Source of the DNA: Cystobasidiomycetes sp. EMM_F5
Taxonomy: Eukaryota
Direction: 5' to 3'
DNA length: 64,000 bases
Assembly (NCBI GenBank): GCA_051047955.1
Contig: JBPGPT010000011.1
Location: 124,001-188,000, forward strand
Position numbers and translations under genes: made by a program
Part shown: positions 50,689 through 64,000 of the stretch, piece after piece
Position numbering within the stretch: position 1 is the first letter of the stretch
Layout: every line of letters starts with the position of its first letter
The notes under the pieces: model-generated
What the model saw: the letters and a program-made list of their open reading frames with translations, nothing else
Databases searched by the model: none
What the model was told of the DNA's origin: nothing

Positions 50689-51713
50689 ATGCACGCCATT
50701 GCCATTCTGACGCTGGTCGCGCTAGCTGGCTCAGCTCTTGCAAAGTCGACGTCGGGTAGTCTCAACATCATAATCGAGTATGGGAGCTTTCGCCTTTTCC
50801 AAGCTTTGGAGGACCCAATCTCACTGATTGACTCTGTCGTACAGCGGCGTGACGTACAATGGTGCCTCTCAACCCAAGACCGGTACTCTACCGAAGAGCA
50901 TTGCCGTACGCGGACAGCACGTCAAGTTCGATATCAACCCGGCAACCCTCAGCGTAGATGATTATATTCTCACTGGTTACCCAAATGATCTTCGCCTCGT
51001 GACTGCGCCTACTGTTGTTTTTGCAAGCAAGACGCCTACCTTATCTGCTGCCCAACTAGCCGGTCTCAAGATGGACAAGTGCGACATTGGAACCGACTCG
51101 GGCGTAATCATCTTTAGATTCGCTGCCGGTAAACTCAAGTACCAATTCAACGATGCTGCTCAGGGTCAGTCATTGCAGAAGACCTGCCCCATCGTAGAGC
51201 AGATTGCTGAACTGTACCATACAGGTGGCATCTTCCAGATGGAGCCAGAGATTGGCTCGGCTGTGGAATTGGTACATACTCTTGGAGAATCGTTGTACTA
51301 CTTCAACAACAGCTTCACTGGTAAAATAAACGGCGGAGATGGCTTAGCAGCTGTCTCGAAAGCCGAGGATCCCGTCAACTACCACCAGGTTGGTGTCGGT
51401 GTGCATGCACTTTCAGAATCTGGTGACTGACTGACCGACCTGTATTACCACACAGATGCTCCTCGTCAAGGACAGTCCTCAAGTTGCGACAAAGACATTC
51501 CAGTCTGGCAAAGTCTCGAAGTGGTCAGTAACTTCTGGAGGTCGCATGGGAGGTGTTCTCGGCGAAGACGCCATAGAATTTGGCACGGGAGCTACATCAT
51601 GCACGTCACAGTGTCAAGCACAAAATCGTATCCAGGGCTCTTCTACAGTCCCACCTAATCCGACTTCGCAGAGCCCCTTGCCAGCCAAGATTCGCTTCGC
51701 CAGAGCAGTTTGA
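50689..51713 (+). CDS. Secreted hypothetical protein, beta-rich, unknown function
   Basis: Signal peptide MHAIAILTLVALAGSALA; three short introns; blocks VRGQHVKFDI, TVVFASKTP, QGGIFQMEPE and SGGRMGGVLGEDAIE..CTSQCQAQNRIQG. Confidence 0.75.
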
Positions 51714-51967
51714 GTGATTATAGCTTGTCAACGGGTATAGTTAGACATTTGTAGGGCAGTGGGCAGTCGTGGGCATCCACTGAATGCTGTTAGTGATGTG
51801 CAATATACCCCGCTCGGCCGGCTCGGTTTCGATTGAGGCCGGGGCAGTTGTCAGAACAGTATGCAAGCTTTTCTGTCGTAATACATATTGCTGCCGCTCG
51901 ACGTATTGGTGAAGTCAGACGCCGCTACCAGGCTGGCCGCTACTTCAGTGAGGTGCCGCGAGAAAGC

Positions 51968-54900
51968 ATGGATTTCTACCGGCCAAACGGGTACGCCAGC
52001 GCTCCGATATCCTGGAGCGAAACGGGAAACAACGGCAATATCGCTATACATGATGGAGGGTTTGGGAGTTCTGTATTCTCTCAGTTACAAGATGCCAGCG
52101 CTCAATCGCGCATCTTGCTGCCACAGCGAAACGGCAAAGAGGCAGCTGCGGACGACCACTATGCCAGGCAACATAAACGAGATTTATCGCAAGCTGCTGG
52201 CCCAGCATCAGAAGGCGATGCGGACGAATCCAAGCCAAAGAAGCCGCGAATGGCTTTGTCCTGTTCAGAATGCAAGCGGAGAAAGATCCGGTGCGACAGG
52301 TGAGTGGCGACCACAGCATCTCAATAATCACTAGAGTAACCGTCAATATACGTACACAGAAACGTCCCTTGCACAGCTTGCATAAAACGTGGAAGTCCAG
52401 AAACTTGCAATTGGGAGGAAGCTCGCATAGATCCGACACCGCAACCTTTCGCACTAAGAGAGGACGTTGCAGACTTGCGGGAACAGGTTCTACGCTTGCA
52501 AGCCGCCATTACAAAGTTGCAGGACGACTTTGCTAATAGCAGCAGGACCAACGGACAATTGGAAGAACATGTGCCCAATCGGGCTGCAACCGCGAACGTC
52601 AGAGGCGTCAAAGACACGCAGCTTATGGCTCTCCGAACAGGCAATACGAAGCAGCGCGAAGCGTCATCAGCTGCAGAGCAAGAGGATAATCTTGCAGATC
52701 CTGCAGAAGATGCAGCAATCGTATTGGAGTCTGTTGCATTCCACCCGCCCTCACTGCTCGATGCGGATGGTAGTCGTGTAGTGACATCGCATGAATTCTG
52801 GATAGAGAGCAATCACCCGAAGAGTGCAGACAGAGTGAAGGAAGAAGAGGTGGATAATGATAATGAACTCACTTTAGGCTTAACAAGCATCAAGGCTCCG
52901 AGATGGGATCCATGGCAAGAGCAGTTCAGTGCTCTACTTATTTCAAAAGACCTTTCCATGTCAAACAGTCTTGAAATTACCGCCATTCGTATGGAAAGCC
53001 TCAATGTGATCTACAGCAACTTACCCACTCCAGATCAAAGCCGATGGCTGCTGCAAAAGTTCAAAGAGCGCGTTCACTGGCGGATACACGTTTTACAGTA
53101 AGTCGCGGAGGTAGGATTTCGCAAGTCGTTAATTCTATACTGACAATCGGGATAGTCTTCCCTGTTTCGAAGCTGAATTGGCCAAATTCTGGGAGATGAC
53201 GGCACAGGGTCGTTTTGCAGAAATAGACCCTCTTTGGATTGCCTTGTTCCTCATGGTGATGGCCATCACTCACGATACCCGTCCAGCTTCTATCGTCAAT
53301 GACGCGGATCCTTTCAAGCCATATACCGCGAATGAATTGGAAGCACTGACGAATAGATGGCATGTTGGGAGCCTACGCGCCCTGTTCTTGGGAGACTTCA
53401 TGGGGACTCCAAGGTTCCGTACAATCCAGTGAGCTCACGGATCTGCAGATAATGATCCTATCACACTCAACTAAGTCTATGGAAGAACTATCGTGCTGTT
53501 CTCGCAATACTTCCAACAGTCTCGCGATACAAATAAGGGCCGGCGATGGATGTATTGGCTGTCTATAGGTGTGCGCACTGCCCACCTGATGGGCCTCAAT
53601 TCGCTCGGGGATGATCCCGAAATGTGAGTCGCTACCTGGTCTGGGCTAGACCTTGCTGAAACGTGCCGTCAGTATGCCTCCCGAAGATCCTGCATTACCG
53701 CGTGGAAAGAACTCTCTGAAGCGTAATTTGGCTTTGCGTGTATGGATGGCACTACAGTGGGCGGACTGGAAATGCGCCTCCGTCAATTTTCAAAGCTACA
53801 TTATCAATCCAGCTCAGACGACTACGCAGCTGGTCGACAATGTCAATGATGACGACCTATCTGCCACGGAATGGCGGATTAATGTCAAGCCAGCAGGTGT
53901 CGCGACATCGACCACATTCGAAAGATACAAATGGTCTGTGGCAAATATGTTGCGAATTACGTACGATAAGTTGGCTACAGAGGGATCAGACTTTTCGTAT
54001 GTCACCGTATTGAGTCTTGATCGTGGCTGGAGGCGTCTTCTAGACGATATGCCGTAAGTCATCAACATCAGTGACCGAGCCGGAGTTGCGGATCACTCAG
54101 TATAATCCCCGCTAGTGAATTGTTCAAGCCTCCCGAAAAGGCACCGAATGAAGAATCTGCTCTTCGGTTCTGGCTGCAACAGAGTGAGTCTCTGAGTGGT
54201 GAAGACGACACTCGAAGACGACTTGCTGACCACGATGACTAGACGTTGCTCTCGGAGGAGTAAGGATGGATGGAATTGTGCCTCTATCGTCATCTCGCTG
54301 ATTCTGGATTGATATGATGCAGGTGATGGCCCGAATCGTGCGACTACACCGGCCATTCCTTTCGCGTGGTTACGTAAAAGATTCCAAATTCGCCTACAGC
54401 AAGCAGCAATGTCTCTCCGCGGCCAAAGCTATCATCGATTGCCATCATCGTATACGTCCTGTAATTGCATCGGGTATCTTTTGGTGTGCCGCACTTCGAA
54501 TGCACTTTAAAACCGCGCGCTGACTAGCTCCATCAGGTTCATTTTCTCCCAGACCCTAGCAGCAACGATCGTTCTATACATGGATTTATTTTGGAGTATT
54601 GACAAGTGCGAGGACCTGCGTAAATCTACGCAGTCGCGTAGCTGACTCCTTCGTGACGACGACAGCAACGAGACGTCTGCGAACATTGAAGACAAGAAAC
54701 GCCTTATAGAGAAGATAAAGGATGTCTTTGCATTACACACCCAAATCAGCAACCGGTCACTCCAAGCGATCGTCAAATCAGCACACTCGGTTGTTCTGTA
54801 GGTGACCGCTTGTCTTGATATGACGAACATATGGAGCTGACGACAGACGTGCGCATGCTTAGGGGTCTGGCTGCTGAAACAGAGCACCGACAATCCAGTG

Positions 54901-55446
54901 CCACTGCCAGGGGTGTGAACCCGGACCTTGACGCCTTGTTACCAAAGCCTGAACCCTTTGCGGATGTATTGCGGCGAATATCGACGACCCTGCACTCGCC
55001 AAAGTCAGATGTGTTGGAACTAGCGAAATTGGCAAACGCCAAACAAGCAGCGAGTCAGCTGCAACCGGAAATGCAGATTCAATGGGACCAGCTGGGAGCT
55101 AGTCTGCCCAGCGATAGCAATGCAATGAGCGGTGGCTGGAGCACCTACGATACCGCATATGACTTCACTTCTGATATCTGGTCGGCTCTAGGGCTGACTG
55201 TCAGTCAGACTCTCAATGTCATGCGTCGCATTTGGCTGACATGGCACGCCCGTTTAGGATCATATGATAAACGGTACAGATGCTTCTTTCACAGCCTTTA
55301 ATCTGTCTCCCGCTTCACAGGGTGTAGCTGCCGATGGGCAACCGGATCTTTCGTTTCTAGCCGGTATAGGTGGAGACACGCGCCCTGCAGCTGCAGCTAC
55401 GAATTATTTGCTCCATCAGACAGGTGGCATAGGAGACACATTTTAG
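51968..55446 (+). CDS. Zn(II)2Cys6 fungal transcription factor
   Basis: RMALSCSECKRRKIRCDRNVPCTACIKRGSPETC binuclear cluster, coiled coil, and fungal TF middle region (RVWMALQWADW, RLHRPFLSRG). Confidence 0.92.
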
Positions 55447-55513
55447 CTTTATTGCAGCCTTTTTGGTTGTCATGTATATACCCATGTAGCATTTGTACCG
55501 CTTTCTACGCGTC

Positions 55514-57432
55514 ATGCGAACACGCCCATTCGCGAAGTGGAAACTGCTGCTATGCCTATACGTATTCCGCTGCATCAATGCCCTGATATGCCAGACCTTC
55601 TTTCAGCCCGATGAGTTCTTCCAGTCGCTCGAGGTTGCCCACAAGCTAGTTTTCGGCTATGGCTGGACGACCTGGGAATGGCGACCAGAGAATGCCCTCC
55701 GCAGTCCCGTATACCCACTCATTTTTGTCACTCCTTACTGGATAATATCTAAGCTTGGTCTGGATGATACTGCGGCTCTTGTACGCTGGTTGCAATTCGT
55801 TGCAGCAGAGAACCATTGACATATGCTTCTTATAGATCTGGGCTCCAAAGCTGGTTCAGGCAGCTGTAGCAACAGCCATCGATTACTACACGATACAGCT
55901 GACCCGGGAGCTGCATGGACATTGGCATATTGTGCCAACCGCGGTGTGTTGAGACCAGACGTCATGCCATTTGTATGCGACAGCTTATATGCGATTGCAG
56001 GTGTTTGTGACCGTCAGTTCCTTTTACAACGCAGGCGTTGCAGTGAGGTCATTCTCCAATTCACTAGAGACAGCTCTTACGGCGGCTGCTCTTTGTTACT
56101 GGCCATGGATCAACGGGTGAGACACGGTCAAAACGCCAGATACTTCCAGTCTTACTTGCGTTTCAGGCGCTACCATACCTCACTGTGGCTCGCTGGCTTC
56201 GCGTGCGTAGTCCGGCCCACCAACGCTGTAATCTGGATTTATCTATGTGTTACGGCCGCTCTACGAGACCGCTGGCACCGACGTTTCGTTGTCCAGGATG
56301 CTATTCCACCCTTGTAGGTCAATGTCTGTGCACTCTTGGTCACTTTCTAAGTGCTTTCAAAAGCCTTGGATGCATTGTTGCCTGCCTCCTGCATGATACT
56401 TGGTTTTATGGAACGGTCACATTCACGCCCGTGAATTTTGTACGCAACAACGTCCTGCACAACATATCCGTGTTTTATGGTGCAAATCCGTGGCACTTCT
56501 ATCTCACTCAAGCTCTTCCTTTTAACACGCTTGCACTGCTTCCTTTTGTGATTGCAGCAGCCTGCCACAATCGTGGCGTACTGCACTATCTCACATTCGA
56601 CAAAGCGAGAAATGTCTGCCTATGGACAGCAGGCATTCTCTCGTTAATATCACACAAGGAGTTTAGATTCATTCAGCCACTGTTGCCTGTGCTACATGCT
56701 CTGGCGGCGGACAATCTGTATAACAGTGCGGCGCAGGTAACAAACAAAAACAAAGCTCTATTTAAGTGGCCCAAAGCTATCCTGCGTCGACACGCCGTAT
56801 TCGTCTTATCGATCAACATCCCGGCGACTCTCATCTTTATTCTCGTCCACATGCGAGGTCAGGTGTCCGTAACGCGATATCTCAACAGCCTGCCACCTAA
56901 AGAGCTGTCCAGCTTAGGCTTCCTTATGCCATGTCATTCCACCCCATGGCAGAGCCATCTCCACCTGCCTCACCTCGAGTCGCTGGCACAGCCAAGCGGC
57001 TACGGCAGACGCCTGTGGGCCATAACATGCGAGCCTCCTGAGAGGTCGGTATTAGTTTCGCTCTCTGTATGAGTCATGTTACTGATATCACTTCTCAGAG
57101 GGTCTAACACGACGTACCAGTCACAGGATGATCTATTCTATAGTGATCCATTCGCATATATCCGTCAGAACTTCCCACCGAAAGTCAATGAAAGGCATTC
57201 CGCCGGTCTTCTACTCGCCAACCATGAGCATGCTTTGATTTGGCCGTCCCATCTGGTTGTTTTCGACGAGCTTCTGCATCGTATTGATACTCAGTCTGCC
57301 GAGTCGTTCGAAGCTTTGTTGCGCGAGAAAGGGTACAAGGAGGTGAAGCGGATATGGAATTCAATCTGGCATGAGGACCCCCGTCGAAAAGGCGACGTCG
57401 TTGTATTCAGGCATCGCAGTGTGTCCTCGTAA
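55514..57432 (+). CDS. GPI10: GPI mannosyltransferase 3 (PIG-B)
   Basis: TFFQPDEFFQSLEVAH..GYGWTTWEW..LRS, RSFSNSLET, RPTN, FYGANPWHFYLTQ, SHKEFRFIQPLLP, FLMPCHSTPWQSH, ITCEPP. Confidence 0.94.
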
Positions 57433-57436
57433 TCCT

Positions 57437-58365
57437 TTAAGTGAAATGAGTGAAGCGGATGACGTGTAGTGATTCTCCGCCTGCACGACGCTTCAGAATG
57501 ATCTTGCCGGATAAGCCGTGTTCTGCCATTGTAGAGATTATTATTTCGGGCCGATTCTGCTGAATTGCTACGAGATAGAAGCGACCTGTCGGGCTAAGGA
57601 GGGACTGATCTGCGATAAGCGATCTTCCCGTCTAGCGGGCATGTAGTTGAGCATAACGTACTGGTACGGCATCCAGCAAGGCGTTGGTGGTGTTCATGCC
57701 CACAGCACCTCCAGCCCACGCAGCTACTATACTAGCGCCTTTTTGCCCATGAATCTCTTCGTCCGCCTCAGTTGGCACATAGGGAGGATTAAACAGAAGA
57801 ATGTCGACTTTGCCTTGCAAGCGAGGCAAGAGCGGGTAATGTAGGGATGTCAAGATAGGCGATAGAATGCTCTATGTTCAAACAATCAGCTCAATCACGC
57901 AGCAGGTGTCGCGTTAATGGAACAACCTTGTTTCTCAAGCCTGTCTGAACTGTAGCAACCGCAGCTCTAGCATTGATATCCGTGCAGATGAAGGCTACAA
58001 ATCAACTCAGCATCTATCAGGGTGCACTAGACTGACAACATACCCGCGTTGCTGTGCCCAATGACGTTGGCCAAGAAGGCTGAAACGCACCCGGAACCTG
58101 ACCTTTGGAAGTGTACTTTGGTTAGGTGAACCTGCTGCACATCCAATAGTCGAATAGCGCACCCAATCTCTAGACATATACGCGGCTTGATCTGCTTCAA
58201 AGCTTCTTGCTCCTGTTCAAGCGCGTCCAGCAGAATGAATGTATCTTCTGCGATTCTGTATGAGCATTGCCTGTCTTGCTACCGCCAACGCGACAGACCT
58301 GCGGGCTCATATATGTGTGCGAAGTCAGATTTTGTTAGATGCGACAGATCAGGTGTGGGTAGCAT
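57437..58365 (-). CDS. MTQ2: eRF1 glutamine methyltransferase (HemK2/N6AMT1)
   Basis: MLPTPDLSHL..IYEPAEDTFILLDALE, LEIGSGSGCVS, CTDIN, LFNPPYVPT, AWAGGAVGM, LSPTGRFYLV. Confidence 0.93.
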
Positions 58366-58569
58366 TGTGGATGCAGAGTCATTGCAGATGCGACACGCAG
58401 AAGTGATAATCCTTCGCAAGCAAGCATTTCCACGTCCTAGTACCGGTGCGGCTCGGCCATCTAATACTGAAGCAGCAGTACAGCGTATAATTGTACATAA
58501 AGATACGTCGTATCGGACAAGCACATAATTTATAACCACCAAAAGTGAGGGGTAAACAGACTTGCAAGC

Positions 58570-59812
58570 TCATGACAATCCACCCTCCGCTCGATCCAGT
58601 GTCTGCTTGACGCGCCATAAGAGGTTTGTTTTCCAGGCGTCCAAGGGGCTCAGCTTGTCAAATTCGCTGATATGTTGAGTGCTGGTACAGAGATCGCATC
58701 AGCAAAACGCAACCAGGCGGAAATGACGACACTGACAATGTCTCAGCATCGCCTTGGTCTACAGCATCGGTGATGCCTTTGAGGAGCTTGAATTCGCGAG
58801 TTGTGACGAAATTTGAGTCTTGTTGCGCATACCGCTCAAGAGCGTGATGCGCCGAGACCACATCCTGTCCATCCACGTTTCAGCCTCAGTACGTTGGTAA
58901 CAGCCGGTATGCCAGACGCACGCCAGTACACAAATGACAGATGCCTGCCTTCAAGAAGTATTCCTTGACGGAATACCTGGTAAGCGGGCTGCCAAGGGAG
59001 GCGCTGGCCACCTGTAGGTTTCGATGCTCAACGAATCTTGCGATGTGCTGTCATGCTGTAGGCTTACCTGCTCGAAGCGTTGTATAGCTTTGGGATAGTT
59101 GCCAAGCTGAGCTGCAAGATCAGCTGCCTCCTTGTACATGGCATTGGCCGTTCTGAAGAGAAAACATTGTCTGTTAGTTCTGGCATTCGCGGAAGACTAC
59201 GGTAACTTGATACTCACGCTTTGGCATCTTCATTGTCGTACCATTCTCCGCTCTGTTCGTATGCCTCCATCGCAGCCTTGAGGTCAGCGCCATCTTGCTG
59301 ATAGATCTGGGCTACCTCCTCTGTAGTTTCGACTTGCAGTTAGCATTAGTGTGTCAACGACCTCGTCATCATTGCTCACTCTGTCTGTCTGCTGCCTGTC
59401 GGAACCTGCCCCGCTCCAGCAGGATGCCTATCGTCCGTTTCAGGGCAGCCACGGCGACTTGACAGCGCAGAATCCGCGCAAGAGCGAACGGCGCATCAGC
59501 AATAAGGCTCTTTGCAGCCGTAGCCAATAGCTCACGCTCAGGATGGCTCTTCTTGTAAGACTTGCTAGCGTCCCAGAAGTCGTTGGCAGCGTCATCCTTC
59601 TCCCCGGTCTTGAGTGACATTTCCGCTGCCTTGCAGAATGCGTCGCCCGACTCTTTCCATCTTGACTCGAGCTTGAATGCGTTTGCTGCCCCCTTGTACA
59701 AGTCGTGCGCCTCCTCAAACTTGGCCGTCGACGAGCCAAAGCTGCTGAAGAACCCGCCGCTGCTGTTGGCCTTCTTGTCGGCGTTGGCGAGCATCGACTG
59801 TGCGGTAGACAT
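58570..59812 (-). CDS. SEC17: Alpha-SNAP
   Basis: ADKKANSSGGFF..KFEEAHDLY..AANAFK, GRFRQAAD, RYSVKEYFLKAGICHL, D.NFVTTREFKLL, LDAWKTNLL. Confidence 0.95.
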
Positions 59813-60068
59813 GGTGGAGCCTGTCAGTGTTGCTCTTCAAGATGCAATGGCTTCCAGTTGGCTGGACGCAGAGTTCGCACTTGCATGTTATCGACACGTC
59901 CCCTATCTTTGATGACGGCCCCGCTGTGCTGTTTGGGCATGCTGCCCTTTTACACTACTACTACCAAACGACGTATACTACACTCATGGAGACTTCTGCG
60001 TTGCATTGCGTGCAAGGCCCTTCTACACGGGCCTCCGATACTTCTGGCCGAGAAACGTTTCGATTCAT

Positions 60069-63000
60069 TCAATGATGCTGCTGGTTGTAGCGTTCCCGCT
60101 CTGCCTCTGCCGCTTGAGCGTCTGGATCTATGGCATCCTTGAGTTCCTGCCGGGCTTGCGCAAGTAACGCCTCCGCGGTATCGACCACCGCTTCAAGCGG
60201 TGCGTCAGGTTCATCGCGCACATCCGGTTCATCGGCAGGTGGTTTGCGTAATCTCTGCTGCGCTTCGCCGGCGGTATCATCTCTCAGCGAATTTTGTACG
60301 GTCTCGGAAGACGGTTGGGCTTCAGATAGCCCACTTGCTTCCATACTGGCCGCCACCGTTTCGCTAGTTTCGACAGAGCCAACAGTCGATTCGTCTGAAG
60401 GTGTTGGAGCAGGGCCATCTTGAGGCAGTTGTGCTTCTCTGACATTCTCCTCCACCACTTCTTCCTTGATTTGCTCCGCGACCAGACTAGCGGGAAGTTC
60501 AGCACCCGGAATCCGCGTCGGCTCAGTCTCTTTAATCTTTGCGAGTTCTGCTGGATCCCGTTCCGCATCTTCCTTCTTCTCTGCTTCCTTGTGTGCAACT
60601 TCGGCCTGCTCAAACAAGCTCGATTCGGCCATCAAGGATTTAGGTGCAGGCGGATGGTCAGCGTCGGCAATAAAGGCATTCTTAGCAGGTGCGACGATGG
60701 GTGCGATACTAGCCTCCGATGGTGTTTCTCCTGCGCCGCCATGAACGACGGGCTTTGAGGGCGTAGGCATGGCAAGCTGATCGTAGTCAGAATACTACGA
60801 TAAGCAGGGAAGAGTCAGAGACCGGTCATGCCTACGATTGCTTCTTGCTGCGACTCACGTTATCGTGGAAATCGCCGCATGCAAAGTCCCAATTCTTCAG
60901 CCACTTGCCATCCTCACAAGCAGACTTTGTCCATGTCCCGGCATAAGTAAGCGGGCTCCAGTGCACATATGCCCAAAGCGCGCATATAAGTACTACTGCA
61001 GCGATTTGTACTCGGAACTTTGGCTTCAGTGCCGATGTAGCTAGGTCGAAGACGCTTGCGAGCAGTAAAATCGAGAAGTACAGCGCCGGGAAGTAATGGT
61101 GCAAGAAGAGCTGCCTTTGCATGATGAAGAAGGGGAAATAGTGGAGACTCCATCCGATAAACAAAAACCCACATAGACGGTCATAGAAGTCGACTGTAGC
61201 TGCACACTTCATGCTCAGCCTGACAACTTTTGTAAGCTCTAATGAATGCTTACAATTATTCAAGTCCTTGTAGCCGCGCTTTTGACGTAATATGAGCAAA
61301 CCACGTGCTGCCGCATACAGGATGACCGATAGAGAGCCTAGCCACCACACGACAGGATTCCCCAGCAAGTAGATCTGACGATGATCCTTCACCCAGAAGC
61401 TGGTGGACAAGACTCGATTAGACAGAGCGGTAAAGTGCCTGGCATACTCCTTACTTGATTCCTCGTCGCATATACGGCCATTGGTGTGGCCGCGAATCGT
61501 AAGCATGTCTGTCTGTCAAGCCAGCATTTGTTCGCCCTAGTGTGACTAACTTAGCGCCATGTAGGGTGTTGATCGCCATGCACTGCGACTTACACATGAC
61601 TCCTTGCAATTCTACAAATTTCTTGATGAAGCCCGGGCGACGATAATTGAGCATTTGTGATTTTGGCGGCACTTTGCAACGACCGTCAGCCGCAGTAAGA
61701 CAGGATGCAAGCAAAACCAGCTCACTATGCGCGTGTGTATTAGTCTCGACATACCAAATTGAGTTGGCTTTTGTCGGATTCTTGTTGCATGTAACTTCTT
61801 GCTGCTCAAAACCCCAGTCTGGAAGCTTGACCTTGTGTGAGAAGAGGTAGCAGCCAGTCAAGACGTGTCGTAGGCGGAATTTCGTCCTAATGGCCCTTAG
61901 CCGTTTCTTTGCATATCTATCCGATCCATCCGTCTCGGAATGCTCAAATTCGATTTGAAAATTGTCGTTGGCGTCGCCATCAAAGTCCTCAAACCCGTAT
62001 GCCGAGACTTCGTTTTGAAAGTCGACTTCGGATACAGGCGGGCGTACGTCGTGTGAGTGCAGCTTCTTGGCCGTCAAGGGGTGATGTAGTCGAAGAAACA
62101 TCTTGTCCGTCACGTAGGTTACGTCACTCGATATCTGAGGATCAGTGTCTTTGCCAATTTGCTGCGTTTCGTTTAGCACGATCCACTCATTGTTCTCGTC
62201 TCTGTGAGGGTACAAGGTAACCTGTTGTTCTGCAGTGCCCGATGCATTGGTTTAGTCGTAAAAGCAAAGCACTATCTCATTGCATTAACTCACGCTTGCT
62301 TCCGCCGGGATAGCTGTGAGGGTGTGAATGTAAATATCCACCCTGAGTATGCAGGTGCTTAATCGTAATGCGAGAACCGAGAACAACGTCGGCGTATGTA
62401 TCTGGCATGCCATGACCTCGAAGAGTGTGCTGAAACTCGGACGACATGAAGCCATCCCCATCGCCAGACTGGCCAAGTACAGCGAAATGCACAGCAAACC
62501 AAAACATGTATACAAAGAGTGGAAGTCCAATGAGGCATACCGCCCTTGCGACAAAATGTCTTCCAAGGGTGCGCATCGAAATTCTAGTGTCTCCCAGCAG
62601 AGACCACAACTGTTCCAGCGTCGCCAGTCCGACTGTGGCTATGGTGAAGAGGCCAACCCATTTGCACGACAGGGTTGCACCGAGGCACAGTCCAGTCAAC
62701 GCCAGCCATGCCCACCAGGTACGACTGAATGGACCGTACATGGAGGATCCAGCTCGCCGACCGTCTTCGGCTGTAAAGCCCACCCAGAAAAAGGTCGTAA
62801 GGCCAGTAAAGAGCAGCAGCGGGGAATCGAGAAGGATGAAGCGAGACTGTGTAATGAGACCATTCTCAAAGGTGAGCAGAAGGGCAGCGAGTAAGGCGGT
62901 TGCTGCGCGGCACCCTAGAGCCCTGAGAGATAGGTATGCAACGGGTATCAACGCAATGCCCATACACGCCGGTAGGAGGCGCATGGCAATATAAGGGACA

Positions 63001-63717
63001 TGATCTGCGACGTAGTCTTTTCCGATGTCCTTAAAATCGAAATCGCCTCTGTAGCCAGCAAACCAGGCTGTGAAGGTAAGAAGCATTTTGGCCAGCGGGG
63101 GATGCACATCCATGAAGAATTTGCCATTGATGTATTTGGAAGCAAAGCCTGTGTGTACGAGCGCGTAAGGATGAGTCTACTGGCTTGTCTGGCAGCTGGC
63201 ACTGACCTCCGAAATGCACCTCGTCAAACACGACGCTCGAAGGTCTGTCGAGCCGCCATAGACGCACGACACTGGCGAGGAGCGTAACCACGACGAGCAG
63301 CTTGAACTCGCCCTGACCGACCACGCCCAGTCCACCGCCATAATCGCGTAAAGGACCTCCGGCATTTGGCTTGAGCTTGCCTTTCCCTCTATCGCCCTTG
63401 TAGGCGCCAGACGTAACCCAACCACTCGCCAGCCCTTTGCCGTCGCTGCCGTTAATGCTGGCATCGAGCTTTGTCGCTGCCGTTGCTGACCCAAATGGCC
63501 GTGAAGCTGGCGCAGCGTACGGGACTGCCGCTGGGGCTACGGGAAACATATTGTGCTGCCTCTTTTCGTCCTTTGCGTCGTAGTCGTCGTCGTCGTTTGC
63601 ACCATCTCTGGCGTTCCCGTCGCTGCTCGTCCAGTACTCTGATGCCCCGACAGGCTGCGACCCATTGGCAACTCCTCTGTTTCTGGCTCGAGCTCCAGTG
63701 AGCGACGTCGCTGCCAT
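60069..63717 (-). CDS. PMT1: Dol-P-Man:protein O-mannosyltransferase, Pmt1 subfamily
   Basis: VVFDEVHFGGFASKYI..FFMDVHPPLAK, SRFILLDS, KWVGLF, MIR domains YLHSHPHSYPGGSKQQQVTLYPH, FWVKDHRQIYLLGNP, RQLFLHHYFPALYF. Confidence 0.93.
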
Positions 63718-64000
63718 ACTGTTTCGAGACGGGGCTCAGTTCAGCTGCCAACAGCCTTCGCCGTCAGAGGTCGGGGCAGGCTCAGTACGCGTCGCTGGCA
63801 GATCAAACGTGCAAACAACTTGAACATGTTTAGGCACAAAGGGCTGAACTCGAAGACCTCGAAAGGCCAAAGTGCTGCGCCAAAGCTGGAGCGAGGTATG
63901 GATTTCGTTACACGGTAATGACGATATCCTGCGCACCCTCTACGATAATCATGCCAATCGTGCTAATCAACAAATCGGAGCTTGGACCGTATTTACTAGA

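Overview
Gene-dense eukaryotic DNA from a fungus, most likely a basidiomycete yeast (inferred from protein style and many 45-90 nt GT-AG introns with degenerate donors). About 28 intron-containing protein genes can be reconstructed by eye. In order: ACOT13-like thioesterase (cut by the left edge), Ebp1/AFF-like elongation factor, AhpC/TSA-like redoxin, VPS27, PUT1, ketopantoate reductase-like, VMS1, PET112/GatB, MFS sugar porter, UCH, C2H2 protein, RPB1, PEX3, VOC dioxygenase, secreted S/T-rich protein, auxin-efflux-type carrier, NAT9, MSH1, ERCC6L2-like SNF2, Bit61/HbrB, an orphan membrane microprotein, ATG3, a secreted protein of possibly bacterial-type family, Zn2Cys6 factor, GPI10, MTQ2, SEC17 and PMT1. 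No rRNA, tRNA, CRISPR array or transposon was recognised. The most unusual element is a 428-nt intron in the RPB1 CTD. Its branch-point motif sits at the normal short-intron position, but a 387-nt AG-free tract with a 13-bp tandem repeat separates it from the acceptor, and the branch motif doubles as the stop codon of a CTD-truncated isoform. This is a candidate splicing-based control element on Pol II. Gene spans include introns; product calls come from remembered family motifs, not database searches.
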